DNA of 64,000 nucleotides from Betaproteobacteria bacterium (GTDB lineage Bacteria > Pseudomonadota > Gammaproteobacteria > Burkholderiales > Rhodocyclaceae), in assembly GCA_012026885.1 (NCBI GenBank), contig VEPL01000001.1, positions 3,072 to 67,071 of the forward strand, given 5' to 3'. A model generated the notes under the pieces. That model was not told the DNA's origin. It did no database searches and saw nothing but the letters and a program-made list of their open reading frames with translations. Shown in pieces: positions 53,100 to 61,347 of this stretch. Position 1 is the first letter of the stretch. Every line of letters starts with the position of its first letter. A program made the position numbers and the translations under genes.

Positions 53100-54286
53100 G
53101 TCGCCACTCCGAAGACGAGGCTGCAGTTGCTGCCGCCGAAGCCGAAGGAATTGCTCAGCGCGACGCGGAGTGCGGCCGGGCGGGCAGCGATCACGTAGTC
53201 GACCGGGATGGCCGGGTCGCGTGCCAACGTGCCGGGACTGCCGGGCAGAAAGCCGCCCTGCAGCGCCAGCGCACAGGCGACCGCCTCGACGGCGCCGGCC
53301 GCGCCGAGCGTATGGCCGGTGGCGCCCTTGGTCGAACTGCAGGGAACGCCGGCGCCGAACAGCGCGGCGACCGCCTTGCCCTCGGCAGCGTCATTGGCCG
53401 GCGTCGCGGTGCCATGCAGGTTGATGTAGCCGACGTCGGCCGGTGCGAGGCCGGCCGAGCGCAGCGCGCCTGCCATCGCCAGGCGGGCGCCGAGTCCCTC
53501 GGGATGGGGCGCCGACATGTGATGGGCGTCGCTCGATTCGCCGGTACCGAGCAGCAGCACGTCGCCCGTTGCAGCGCTGTCGCCGCGCTCGAGCAACGCG
53601 AAGGCTGCGCCCTCGCCGATCGAGATGCCGTCCCGCGTGGCGTCGTAAGGCCGGCAGGGATGGGTCGAGGTCAGTTCGAGCGACGCGAAGCCGTAAAGCG
53701 TGGTCAGGCACAAGCTGTCGACGCCGCCGACGATGGCCGCATCGATGGTGCCGAGCGCCAGCTCGCGGGCGGGGGCGGCGCACGCCTTGGCGCTCGACGA
53801 GCAGGCGGTCGAGATGGCCATCGCCATGCCTTCGAGGCCGAAATAGGCGCGGGTGAACTCGGCGAGCGAGAAGGAATTGTGGGTGCGCCGGTAGTCGAAG
53901 TCGGCAGGCAGCGCGCCGGTCGCCGGGTCGCGCCGGCGGTAGGCGAGCTCGGTCTGCAGGATGCCGGCGGTGCTGGTGCCGAGGAAGACGCCGACGCGGT
54001 CCTTGCGATGGCGGGCGATGGCGTCGCGCACCCGGTCGGCGAAGCCGTCGGTTTCGAGGCCCATCCGGGTCAGGCGGTTGTTGCGGCAGTCGAAGGCAGC
54101 CAGCGATCCGGGTAATTTTTCGGCGTCGACCGCGGCAACCTCGCCGATCCAGGTGTCGAGGCGGACGGTCTCGAAGGCGCACGACGCCAGCCCGCTGCGG
54201 CCACTGCGCAAGGCCTCGGCGAATGCAGCGTTGCCGCGTCCGAGACAAGTCGTCGCGGTGTACGCGGAGAGGCGCAGCGGCCTCAC
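53096..54286 (-). CDS. Beta-ketoacyl-ACP synthase (KS)
   Basis: GTG start (rc 54284-54286) preceded by AGGGAGA. Active-site region AISTACSSSAKA, then HGTATPANDAAE and GHTLGAAG. 396 aa. Confidence 0.88.
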   Translation of the reverse strand: MRPLRLSAYTATTCLGRGNAAFAEALRSGRSGLASCAFETVRLDTWIGEVAAVDAEKLPGSLAAFDCRNNRLTRMGLETDGFADRVRDAIARHRKDRVGVFLGTSTAGILQTELAYRRRDPATGALPADFDYRRTHNSFSLAEFTRAYFGLEGMAMAISTACSSSAKACAAPARELALGTIDAAIVGGVDSLCLTTLYGFASLELTSTHPCRPYDATRDGISIGEGAAFALLERGDSAATGDVLLLGTGESSDAHHMSAPHPEGLGARLAMAGALRSAGLAPADVGYINLHGTATPANDAAEGKAVAALFGAGVPCSSTKGATGHTLGAAGAVEAVACALALQGGFLPGSPGTLARDPAIPVDYVIAARPAALRVALSNSFGFGGSNCSLVFGVAT

Positions 54287-54312
54287 GGCATCTCCCTGTG
54301 ATTCATGACGGG

Positions 54313-54321
54313 ATTCTAGCA
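54313..54321 (-). promoter_or_regulatory. Candidate extended -10 element (TGCTAGAAT on the minus strand) for the KS operon
   Basis: rc of attctagca. It lies 27 nt upstream of the KS GTG. Confidence 0.35.
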
Positions 54322-54345
54322 GAGCGTCCGCCGCGGTACGGGGCA

Positions 54346-54504
54346 GTGGTCTGTTTCGTAAGTGTCGGGCCAGAGAAAGAGCAGGATTCGCGCTTCTGGC
54401 AAGGCGCGAACCGCAGCAATAGCCGAAGCTATTGCGAGGATGAGCAACGCGCCAGAGGCACGAAGACAAGTTTTATCGGTTCGAACACTTGCGAAGCAGA
54501 CCAC
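54346..54504. repeat. 159-bp imperfect palindromic element (MITE-like, or a long RNA hairpin)
   Basis: Terminal arms GTGGTCTGTTTCGTAAGTGT (54346-54365) and rc GTGGTCTGCTTCGCAAGTGT (54485-54504) match 18/20. Inner arms TTCGCGCTTCTGGC / TTCGTGCCTCTGGC match 12/14. The central perfect hairpin GCAATAGC-CGAA-GCTATTGC (54416-54435) sits exactly at the element midpoint. Confidence 0.6.
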
Positions 54505-55061
54505 TAAAGGACCAGCGGCACGAACATCCGTGTGCGCCGCATGTAGTCGGTGTAGGCCGGGCCGAACCAGGCGAGGCACTCGCGCTCGTCGGCGCGCGCG
54601 GTCAGGTAAAGGCACACGCTGGTGGTCGTGGCAGCGGCGGCACCGGCCCAGCCCGGCGCCTGCATGAAGGCGCCCCACGCGAGCAGGAGCAGCGCGGTAT
54701 ACATCGGGTGACGGATATGGGCGAAGACGCCGGAGGTCACGAGGGCGCCGGTCTTCTCCCAGTCGTAGAGCGAGCCGTCGGCGCGGCCGCCGCTGCCGCG
54801 CGCGGCCCGCAACCCCCCGTAGCCGGCTAGCGCCAGGCTGATGCTGGCCAGCATCAGCAGCCACGAGGCAATCTGGTGCGGCGAGAAGGGATCCTCGCCC
54901 CAGGGGCCGCGGTTCATTACGACGACGGCGAGGATGCCCTCCCAGGCGAAGAAGCGGTAGAAACCGTGGCTGCCGGGGTGGCGCAGCGGCTTGCGCGACA
55001 GCCAGGCGAGCACGGCGCTGCCGGCGGCGAACAGCGCGATGCCGGTCGCCGCTTCGCTCAC
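54504..55061 (-). CDS. ICMT/PEMT-family membrane methyltransferase
   Basis: GTG start overlaps the upstream stop (GTGA). Multi-TM protein with SGVFAHIRHPMY, characteristic of isoprenylcysteine carboxyl / phospholipid methyltransferases. Confidence 0.65.
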   Translation of the reverse strand: MSEAATGIALFAAGSAVLAWLSRKPLRHPGSHGFYRFFAWEGILAVVVMNRGPWGEDPFSPHQIASWLLMLASISLALAGYGGLRAARGSGGRADGSLYDWEKTGALVTSGVFAHIRHPMYTALLLLAWGAFMQAPGWAGAAAATTTSVCLYLTARADERECLAWFGPAYTDYMRRTRMFVPLVL

Positions 55062-55780
55062 CCCGGCACCCGGCAGACCAGCATGACGTTGGCGAAGGGC
55101 TTGCCTTCGTTCATGTCCATCGTCTCGACCGAGAAGCCTTCCTCGAAGATGAGCGTCTTCCAGTCGGCCAGCGGTCGGCAGTAGAGGCGTGGCAGGCGGT
55201 GCCCGCGCACGAAGGTGACCGCGCGGTCGACGGCATTGCAGATGTGGTAAGGCAGCCCGGCCGAGGCGTCGCCGACGCGGGTCAGGAAGAGGCCGCCTGG
55301 CGTCAGCGCGTTGCGTATCCGGCGCACCACGTCGCGCTGGAGGGTGTGGTCGAAATAGTGGAGCGCGTCGAGGATGGTGATGACCTCGGCCTGCCCGAAA
55401 TCCACGGCGTTCATGTCGCCCTGCTCGATGCGCACCAGCGGGTGGTCGCGGCCGAAGGCGCGCGCGGCGCGGTCGACGTCCTTCTGCATGAGTTCGACGC
55501 CGCGCAGTGCCAGCGGCCGCGGCGCCGGCGCCCAGTCGGCCGGCCACTCGCCACGGTCGGCGAGGCGGCGGGCAGCGAGCAGCCAGGCGAACAGGCTGCC
55601 CTGGCCGCAGCCGAGATCGAGGAAGCGGCCTTCGGCCGGAAAGATGCCGCGGCGCAGCAATTCGCGGAAGATGCAGTCGGAAGATAGCTTGCCGCGCGCG
55701 TAGTGGTAGGCGAAACGGCCGGCCGGGCGGAAGGTTCCGCTCGCCTCGTCAAGCAGGGCGTCGAGAAAGCGCTGGGTCAT
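55058..55780 (-). CDS. Class I SAM-dependent methyltransferase
   Basis: 240-aa ORF with SAM motif I, FLDLGCGQGS. Confidence 0.8.
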   Translation of the reverse strand: MTQRFLDALLDEASGTFRPAGRFAYHYARGKLSSDCIFRELLRRGIFPAEGRFLDLGCGQGSLFAWLLAARRLADRGEWPADWAPAPRPLALRGVELMQKDVDRAARAFGRDHPLVRIEQGDMNAVDFGQAEVITILDALHYFDHTLQRDVVRRIRNALTPGGLFLTRVGDASAGLPYHICNAVDRAVTFVRGHRLPRLYCRPLADWKTLIFEEGFSVETMDMNEGKPFANVMLVCRVPG

Positions 55781-56577
55781 GTCAGGGCATCGGTAAGCGT
55801 TACGGGACGGAGCTTGCGCTCGGCGAGGATGCGCAGCAGTTCAGGCAGGACGGCGAGAATCAGCGGCCGTCCGTCAGCGGTACGGGCGGCATGGCCGTCG
55901 TGCAACAGAAGGATGTCGCCGGCTGCAAGTCCGCTGGTCAGCCGTTGCAGGGCGCCGGCCGGGTTGGCGAAGCGGGTGTCGAAAGGCCGCCGGGTCCACG
56001 AGGCTAGGCGCAGATCGAGGCGCGCGAGGACCGGATCGAGCAGCGGATTGCGCAGTCCGGCGGTCGGCCGGAAAAAGAGCGGCGCCTGTCCGCAGATCTC
56101 GGCGAGACTCTCCTGGGCGGCAGTGATGTCGGCGCGCATGCGGGCCATGCCGAAGGCGGCGAAGGCGGCCGAATGCGAATCGCCGTGGTTTTCAACGCGG
56201 TGTCCGCGGGCGACGATCGCGCGGCAGAGGGAGCCTTGGGCGCGCGCGTAGCGGCCGATGCAGAAGAAGCTGGCGCGGGCACCGGATGCGTCGAGGAGGT
56301 CGAGGACGCGTGGCGTGACCTCGGGGTCCGGGCCGTCGTCGAAGGTCAGTGCGATCTCGTTGCGCGCGGCCGCTGCGGCGGGCAGCCGATTGAGGTTGGG
56401 GCCGAGCAGGGTCGAACGCGGCCACAGGCCGGCACCGGTAATGATCGCCTGATTGATCGCGACGGCACCAAGTGCCCATGGCCAGGCGGACGGCGCCAGC
56501 ACCAGTGTCGCGGCGGCGGCGCCGTGCGTGGCGATGCTCAGGCGCATGGCGGGTGTCGGGTTCCAGCGCGACGGCAT
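55777..56577 (-). CDS. Polysaccharide deacetylase (NodB-type) with an N-terminal membrane segment
   Basis: Start at MPSRWNPT (cat 56575-56577). NodB motifs seen: LTFDDGP, and HRVENHGDSH. Confidence 0.75.
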   Translation of the reverse strand: MPSRWNPTPAMRLSIATHGAAAATLVLAPSAWPWALGAVAINQAIITGAGLWPRSTLLGPNLNRLPAAAAARNEIALTFDDGPDPEVTPRVLDLLDASGARASFFCIGRYARAQGSLCRAIVARGHRVENHGDSHSAAFAAFGMARMRADITAAQESLAEICGQAPLFFRPTAGLRNPLLDPVLARLDLRLASWTRRPFDTRFANPAGALQRLTSGLAAGDILLLHDGHAARTADGRPLILAVLPELLRILAERKLRPVTLTDALT

Positions 56578-56581
56578 CGGG

Positions 56582-57235
56582 TCAGGGGGTGGTGGTAGAC
56601 GGGAAATGGCCTCGGTCGAGGAAATTCTCCCACAGCTTCTGCCAGGCCGGCCAGTCGTGGCCGCCGGGCAGGCAACAGCGGCTCGCTTCGGGGAAGCGCG
56701 CGGCGATGGCCGCCATTCCCGGCGCGAAACGGTCCTCGCGGCCCCAGCCGACGAAGACCGGCAGGTCGGCCGGAGGCCGGCGCAGCCAGTTCCAGACGCG
56801 GAACTCGGGGTCCTCCTGCTGCGCCGCATCGATCGTCCAGATGTCGATTCCGCCGGCCTCGGCGATGGCGTTGGTGGTCAGGCGGCTGCCCGGATAGGGG
56901 GCGATCAGGCACAAGCCGTCGAGGGGCGTCAGCGCATCGGCGGCGCAGCCGAGGGCGAGGAGGCCGCCGAGCGAGATGCCGCCTAGCCAGACGCGCCGGT
57001 AGCGCCAGCGCGCCGGGGCGATTACCCCGGTGGCCACCGGTGGGAGCGCTTCGCCGGCGGAAATCGCCGCCAGATCGAGGTCGACCGCGATCACGTCGAG
57101 TGCCAGGCGGCGCGCCGCGACCGCCGCGAAAAAGCCGTTGTCGGCGTAGTCGGTCGCCGTCATGTAGGCGCCGGGGAGCATCACGAGCAGGTCGGGAGCG
57201 CCGCGGACGAGGCCGCTGGTTGCCGGAACATTCAT
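56582..57235 (-). CDS. Alpha/beta-hydrolase (possible thioesterase)
   Basis: 217-aa ORF with the nucleophile elbow GISLGG and a C-terminal GGHDW. Confidence 0.55.
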   Translation of the reverse strand: MNVPATSGLVRGAPDLLVMLPGAYMTATDYADNGFFAAVAARRLALDVIAVDLDLAAISAGEALPPVATGVIAPARWRYRRVWLGGISLGGLLALGCAADALTPLDGLCLIAPYPGSRLTTNAIAEAGGIDIWTIDAAQQEDPEFRVWNWLRRPPADLPVFVGWGREDRFAPGMAAIAARFPEASRCCLPGGHDWPAWQKLWENFLDRGHFPSTTTP

Positions 57236-59568
57236 TGCGTCGTTCCACGTGGAACGAAGACGGCAGCGAGCAGCATGGCCAGCAGCGCCCCGGGGCCGAC
57301 CGTGACGCCGATCGCGTTGAGTACCGGGACGGTCGACAGCGCCAGCGTGCCGAAGCCGACGACGGTGGTCAGGTTGGCGACCAGCATCGAGGCCAGCGTC
57401 GCCGGGTCCAGTCCCTTTCCCTGGGCGGCGCGGTCGAAGAAAAGCGCGTAGTTCGAACCGACGGCGACGATCAGCAGCATGCCGACGAGGTGGAGGAGGT
57501 GCAGCGTGACCCCGGCGAGGTGGAGGCCGGCGACGACGATGACCACGGCGGCGAGGAGCGGCAGCATGACGGCGGCGAGCCGGCGCGCCGAGCGCAGCGT
57601 GACGGCGAGCAGCAGGGCGATGGCGGCGAGCCCGGCGAGCGAGAGATGGAGAGCTTCGCCGAGGTAGTCGCCATAGAGGCTGTCGAACTCGGCCTTGAGA
57701 TCCACGAACAGGGCCCCGTCGGCGCCCCCGGCGGCCAGTGCGGCACGCACCGGTTGCGGGTCGATGGCGACGCCGCGCTCGCCGCCGGCCGGGCGCAGCG
57801 GGAGCAGGACGCTCCAGCCCTGTGCAGCGGGCAACAGGAGGGCGTCGACGGCGAGCGCGAGGCCGCTGCCGGCCAGGGCCTCCCGGGCCAGCGGCGCCTG
57901 CCGGCGGGCAGCCTCGACATCCGCGATGAAGGGCTCCAGTCGTTCCGGCCGTAGCGGCAGGTCGGCCAGCGCCTCGTGCAGGCGGGCGCGCAGGGTGGCC
58001 GCATCCGGGAGGCTGGCGCGGCGAGCGGCCTGGGCTTCTGCGCTGGGCAGGAAGCGGGCCGGCGAATCGTAGCCGCCGATGTCGCCGGAGGTCACCAGTC
58101 CGTCGAGCACCCGCCCTGCCCGTTCGGCAGCGGCCAGTGCCGCATCGGGGTCATTGCCGCGCACGACGACGAAATAACGCGAATCGGGTGCCGCAAGGTC
58201 GGCGCGCAGGGCCATGTCGACATCGGCGTCGGCGGCCGAAACGGTGCTCAGCACCGACAGGTTGCCGGTCCACATGGCGTCGTGCCGCGCGGCGATCAGG
58301 CCGGTTGCGGCCACGGCTAGCGCCAGTGCAGGCCAGCGCAGTCGATGGAGGGCAGCGAGGCGGCCGGCCAGGCGACGACCGAGCGGCTCCATATCGTGTA
58401 TGGCCAGATCCTCCGGCGCCAGTTGCCGCAGCGCGAAACGCGTGACGAAGGCAGCGACGACCAGCCCGGCGATGCCATAGAGGCCGAGCTGGGCAAGGCC
58501 GGGAAAGCCGGAGAACAGGAGGGCGCCGAAGCCGCAGACCGAGGTGGCGACACCGAGCCGGATGGTCGGCCAGAAGCGCGCCCGCCACGCAGCGGCCCCG
58601 TCGCGCCCGGATTGCAGGAAGTAGTAGATCGAATAGTCGACCGCTTCGCCGATCAGCGCCGTCCCGAAGCCGACGGTGATGCCGAAGACGGTTCCGTAGG
58701 CCAGGCTGACGGCAACGATGCCGGCCAGCGCACCGCTGGCGACCGGCAGCAGGCCGAGGACGACGAGGCGAGGCGAGCGGTAGGCGAAGAGCAGCAGAAC
58801 GACGATGCCGAGGGTGCTGATCAGCGAAAGACGGGTGATTTCGTCCTTGATCGTTGCCCGCGCCTTGACCGCGAAAAGTCCGGGACCCGAAACCTGCAGG
58901 GTCAGGCCGGGCTCGGCGAGCGCGGCAAATTCATTGCGCACGCGGGAGATCGCCGCTTCCTGGCCGTCGGTGTCGGAGCCGAGCGCGCGGGTCTGCAGGA
59001 GCAGCAGCGTCCGCTCGCCGTCGCGCGACGCCCAGACGCCCTCGCGCACGTTGGGCTGCTGGCCGCCGTCGAAGCCGGCGACCAGCACGTAGAGTTCGCC
59101 GGTCGGGTCGCGTGCGAGCAGCGGCTTGAACGCCAGTCCGGCCGGCGATGCCAGGCGGTCGATGCTGTCGCCGATGGCGGCGCGCAGCCCGGCGCTCGAA
59201 AATCGCTCGCTGTTGACCGCCGGGCTCAGCTGGTAGCGATGGGCGACCAGCAGGTCGCGGTCGGCCCCCTGCCCGGCGGAGTCGCCGTTCTGCACCGACA
59301 CGAAATCGGGCCCGTCGGCCAGGCGGGCGGCGAGCTGGCGTGACGCCGCCGCGCGACCGACCGGGTCGCCGCCGGCGACGGCGACCATCAGCAGCCTCGA
59401 GACGAGGCCCTCCTTGAGCTGGTCGACCAGGACGCGCTGCTCGGGGCTTGGGTCGGCCGGCAGGAAGAAGGTCATGTCCGCCGAGAAGCGGCTGTTCCAG
59501 ACCACCGCGGCGCCGGCCAGCATGGCCAGCAGCCAGAGCAGCAGCGTGCGGACGGCGCCTGTCCTCAT
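57232..59568 (-). CDS. MMPL/RND-superfamily membrane exporter
   Basis: Start at MRTGAVRTLLLWLLAML (cat 59566-59568, ATGA with the LolA-like stop). Two blocks of about 6 TM helices are separated by soluble loops. 778 aa. Confidence 0.8.
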   Translation of the reverse strand: MRTGAVRTLLLWLLAMLAGAAVVWNSRFSADMTFFLPADPSPEQRVLVDQLKEGLVSRLLMVAVAGGDPVGRAAASRQLAARLADGPDFVSVQNGDSAGQGADRDLLVAHRYQLSPAVNSERFSSAGLRAAIGDSIDRLASPAGLAFKPLLARDPTGELYVLVAGFDGGQQPNVREGVWASRDGERTLLLLQTRALGSDTDGQEAAISRVRNEFAALAEPGLTLQVSGPGLFAVKARATIKDEITRLSLISTLGIVVLLLFAYRSPRLVVLGLLPVASGALAGIVAVSLAYGTVFGITVGFGTALIGEAVDYSIYYFLQSGRDGAAAWRARFWPTIRLGVATSVCGFGALLFSGFPGLAQLGLYGIAGLVVAAFVTRFALRQLAPEDLAIHDMEPLGRRLAGRLAALHRLRWPALALAVAATGLIAARHDAMWTGNLSVLSTVSAADADVDMALRADLAAPDSRYFVVVRGNDPDAALAAAERAGRVLDGLVTSGDIGGYDSPARFLPSAEAQAARRASLPDAATLRARLHEALADLPLRPERLEPFIADVEAARRQAPLAREALAGSGLALAVDALLLPAAQGWSVLLPLRPAGGERGVAIDPQPVRAALAAGGADGALFVDLKAEFDSLYGDYLGEALHLSLAGLAAIALLLAVTLRSARRLAAVMLPLLAAVVIVVAGLHLAGVTLHLLHLVGMLLIVAVGSNYALFFDRAAQGKGLDPATLASMLVANLTTVVGFGTLALSTVPVLNAIGVTVGPGALLAMLLAAVFVPRGTTQ
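57241..57256. repeat. Perfect 16-nt palindromic variant CGTTCCACGTGGAACG
   Basis: Lies in the last codons of the MMPL gene (FVPRGTTQ*), 6 nt upstream of the hydrolase ATG. Confidence 0.9.
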
Positions 59569-60131
59569 CGTCCGGCGATCGGCTCGAGGGTGAGCAGCGA
59601 GCGGTCGCCATCGGCCTGGACGTACTCGATAGTGCGGATGCGGTCGCGGTTGCCGCTGACCACGATGCGCTGGAGCAGCGCGGCGATGCGCGTGTCGCTG
59701 GGCAGCAGGGTCAGCGTCCACTTGTCGGGGGTACCGGCGAGGTGGAGGCCGTAGCTGCGTTCGAGGGCGGCGCGGTCACCGGCCAGCGTGCCGCGGATGC
59801 TGTCGACAAAGGCGAGCGCCTCCGGCTGGTTGCCGAGGTTGATCGTCAGTTTCTGCTTTTCGCGCTCGATCGAGAGCATGTTGCGCTCGAGCAGCAGGGT
59901 TTCCGCCTTCGGTGTCAGCGTCTTCTTTTCCAGGCGGTCGGGGGCGGTGTAGGTCATCTCGCCGGTCGCCACCACCGGCTTGTCGAGCAGGGCGATGGTG
60001 CGCGTCTCGACGAAGCGCGCCTTGCCGCCCTTGTTGCGCGCCAGGTCGGCCATCAGCTGGGCGACGTCGAAGGCGGCAGACGCGCCGGATGCGGCCAGCA
60101 GGAGGCCGGCGAGGACGAGGATGCGCTTCAT
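59565..60131 (-). CDS. LolA-like outer-membrane lipoprotein-carrier family protein
   Basis: 188-aa ORF with a signal peptide, then FVETRTIALLDKPVVATGEMTY, a LolA-like pattern. This is the standard partner of the MMPL gene in aryl-polyene clusters. Confidence 0.65.
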   Translation of the reverse strand: MKRILVLAGLLLAASGASAAFDVAQLMADLARNKGGKARFVETRTIALLDKPVVATGEMTYTAPDRLEKKTLTPKAETLLLERNMLSIEREKQKLTINLGNQPEALAFVDSIRGTLAGDRAALERSYGLHLAGTPDKWTLTLLPSDTRIAALLQRIVVSGNRDRIRTIEYVQADGDRSLLTLEPIAGR

Positions 60132-61045
60132 GGCCTGCCCCAGAAATCGAAGAAATTGAACCAGTTGTAGGGTGCGCTCCGGCAGTAATGCTCGAGGCGC
60201 CCGGCATAGGCAGCCACTGCCTCGGCGATGGCGGCCACGCGCCCGGTGCGCGGTGTCGCCGAAAAGTCGGCGAGCGGCTCGAAATGGATGCGGTAGCGGT
60301 TGCCGCCGAGGTAGAGGCCGGCCATGAAGAAGACCGGCCGCTGCAGCATCGCCGCGACGCGCCAGGGGCCGGTCGGGAAGGCGGCCGTGTCGCCGAGGAA
60401 ATCGAGGTCGACGCTGGCATCGTCGCCGAGGCGGCGGTCAGCCAGCATCCCGACCAGGTAGCCCTGCTCGAGCTTCTCGCGCGCCCGCAGCATCGAGTCC
60501 GGGCGACCGAGCGGAATGATGTCGCGTGTCGCGGCCGGGTTGAGCGCTTCCAGCGTCGCATTGATCTTGCGCGCGTTATCCTCGTACATCAGCATCGCGA
60601 CCTGCAGCCCTGCCCGGCTGCGCCCGACCGCACGCAGCACCTCGAAGCTGCCGAGGTGGGCACCGACCAGCAGCGCGCCGGACTGGCGTGCGAGCGCCGC
60701 GTGCAGTGCCTCGGCGCCGACGATCTCGATATCGAACAGGTCGAAACGGTCGTTGAGCAGGTAGACGCGATCATGGATGGTGCTCGCGAAAGACAGCACG
60801 TGCCGGTAGCCGTCCGACCACTCGGCCCAGCGCCCGAGGGCACGGTGCAGGTAGGCGCGGCTGGCGCGTCGTGCCTTGGGAGCGAACAGCACGAAGTAGA
60901 GCGCGATACCGTAGAGGACGATGCGCCCGGCAGCGCGGCCGAGCGTGAGGGATATCCAGACCATGACCCGCAGGATGGCGCGGTTGCTGCGCTCCGGCTT
61001 TTTCGCCCAGTCGGCACCGCCGCTCGCTGCGGGCGGGCGGCTCAT
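60128..61045 (-). CDS. LpxL/HtrB-family (lipid A biosynthesis-type) acyltransferase
   Basis: Start at MSRPPAASGG (cat 61043-61045). Contains LLVGAHLGSFEVL (H-containing motif). The 200-aa upstream extension in the track is artefact. Confidence 0.65.
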   Translation of the reverse strand: MSRPPAASGGADWAKKPERSNRAILRVMVWISLTLGRAAGRIVLYGIALYFVLFAPKARRASRAYLHRALGRWAEWSDGYRHVLSFASTIHDRVYLLNDRFDLFDIEIVGAEALHAALARQSGALLVGAHLGSFEVLRAVGRSRAGLQVAMLMYEDNARKINATLEALNPAATRDIIPLGRPDSMLRAREKLEQGYLVGMLADRRLGDDASVDLDFLGDTAAFPTGPWRVAAMLQRPVFFMAGLYLGGNRYRIHFEPLADFSATPRTGRVAAIAEAVAAYAGRLEHYCRSAPYNWFNFFDFWGRP

Positions 61046-61347
61046 GCCGGCTCGGGCAGCAGCGTGCCCGTCGCGATGTCCCGCTCGCCGGCCCGGATGC
61101 GGAAGGCGATGCCGCTTCCCGCGCCGCGTTCGAGCTGGAACGTGAGTGTGCAGTCCGGCCCGGCCGGCGCCAGGAACTTGGCGTTGCCGACCCGCCAACG
61201 GCCGGGGGACGCCGGCAGCAGCGTCGCGGCGAACAGGAGGGCGCGGTCGAGGAGGACGACCCCGGGGACGATAGGATTTCCCGGGAAATGCCCGGCGAAG
61301 ACGGGGTGGTCGGCAGGTACCGTCCAAACGAACGTTTGCCCGCTCAT
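61042..61347 (-). CDS. Small hotdog-fold dehydratase (FabA/FabZ-like)
   Basis: 101 aa, with HPVFAGHFPGNPIVPGVVLL, the FabZ-like catalytic His motif. Confidence 0.75.
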   Translation of the reverse strand: MSGQTFVWTVPADHPVFAGHFPGNPIVPGVVLLDRALLFAATLLPASPGRWRVGNAKFLAPAGPDCTLTFQLERGAGSGIAFRIRAGERDIATGTLLPEPA

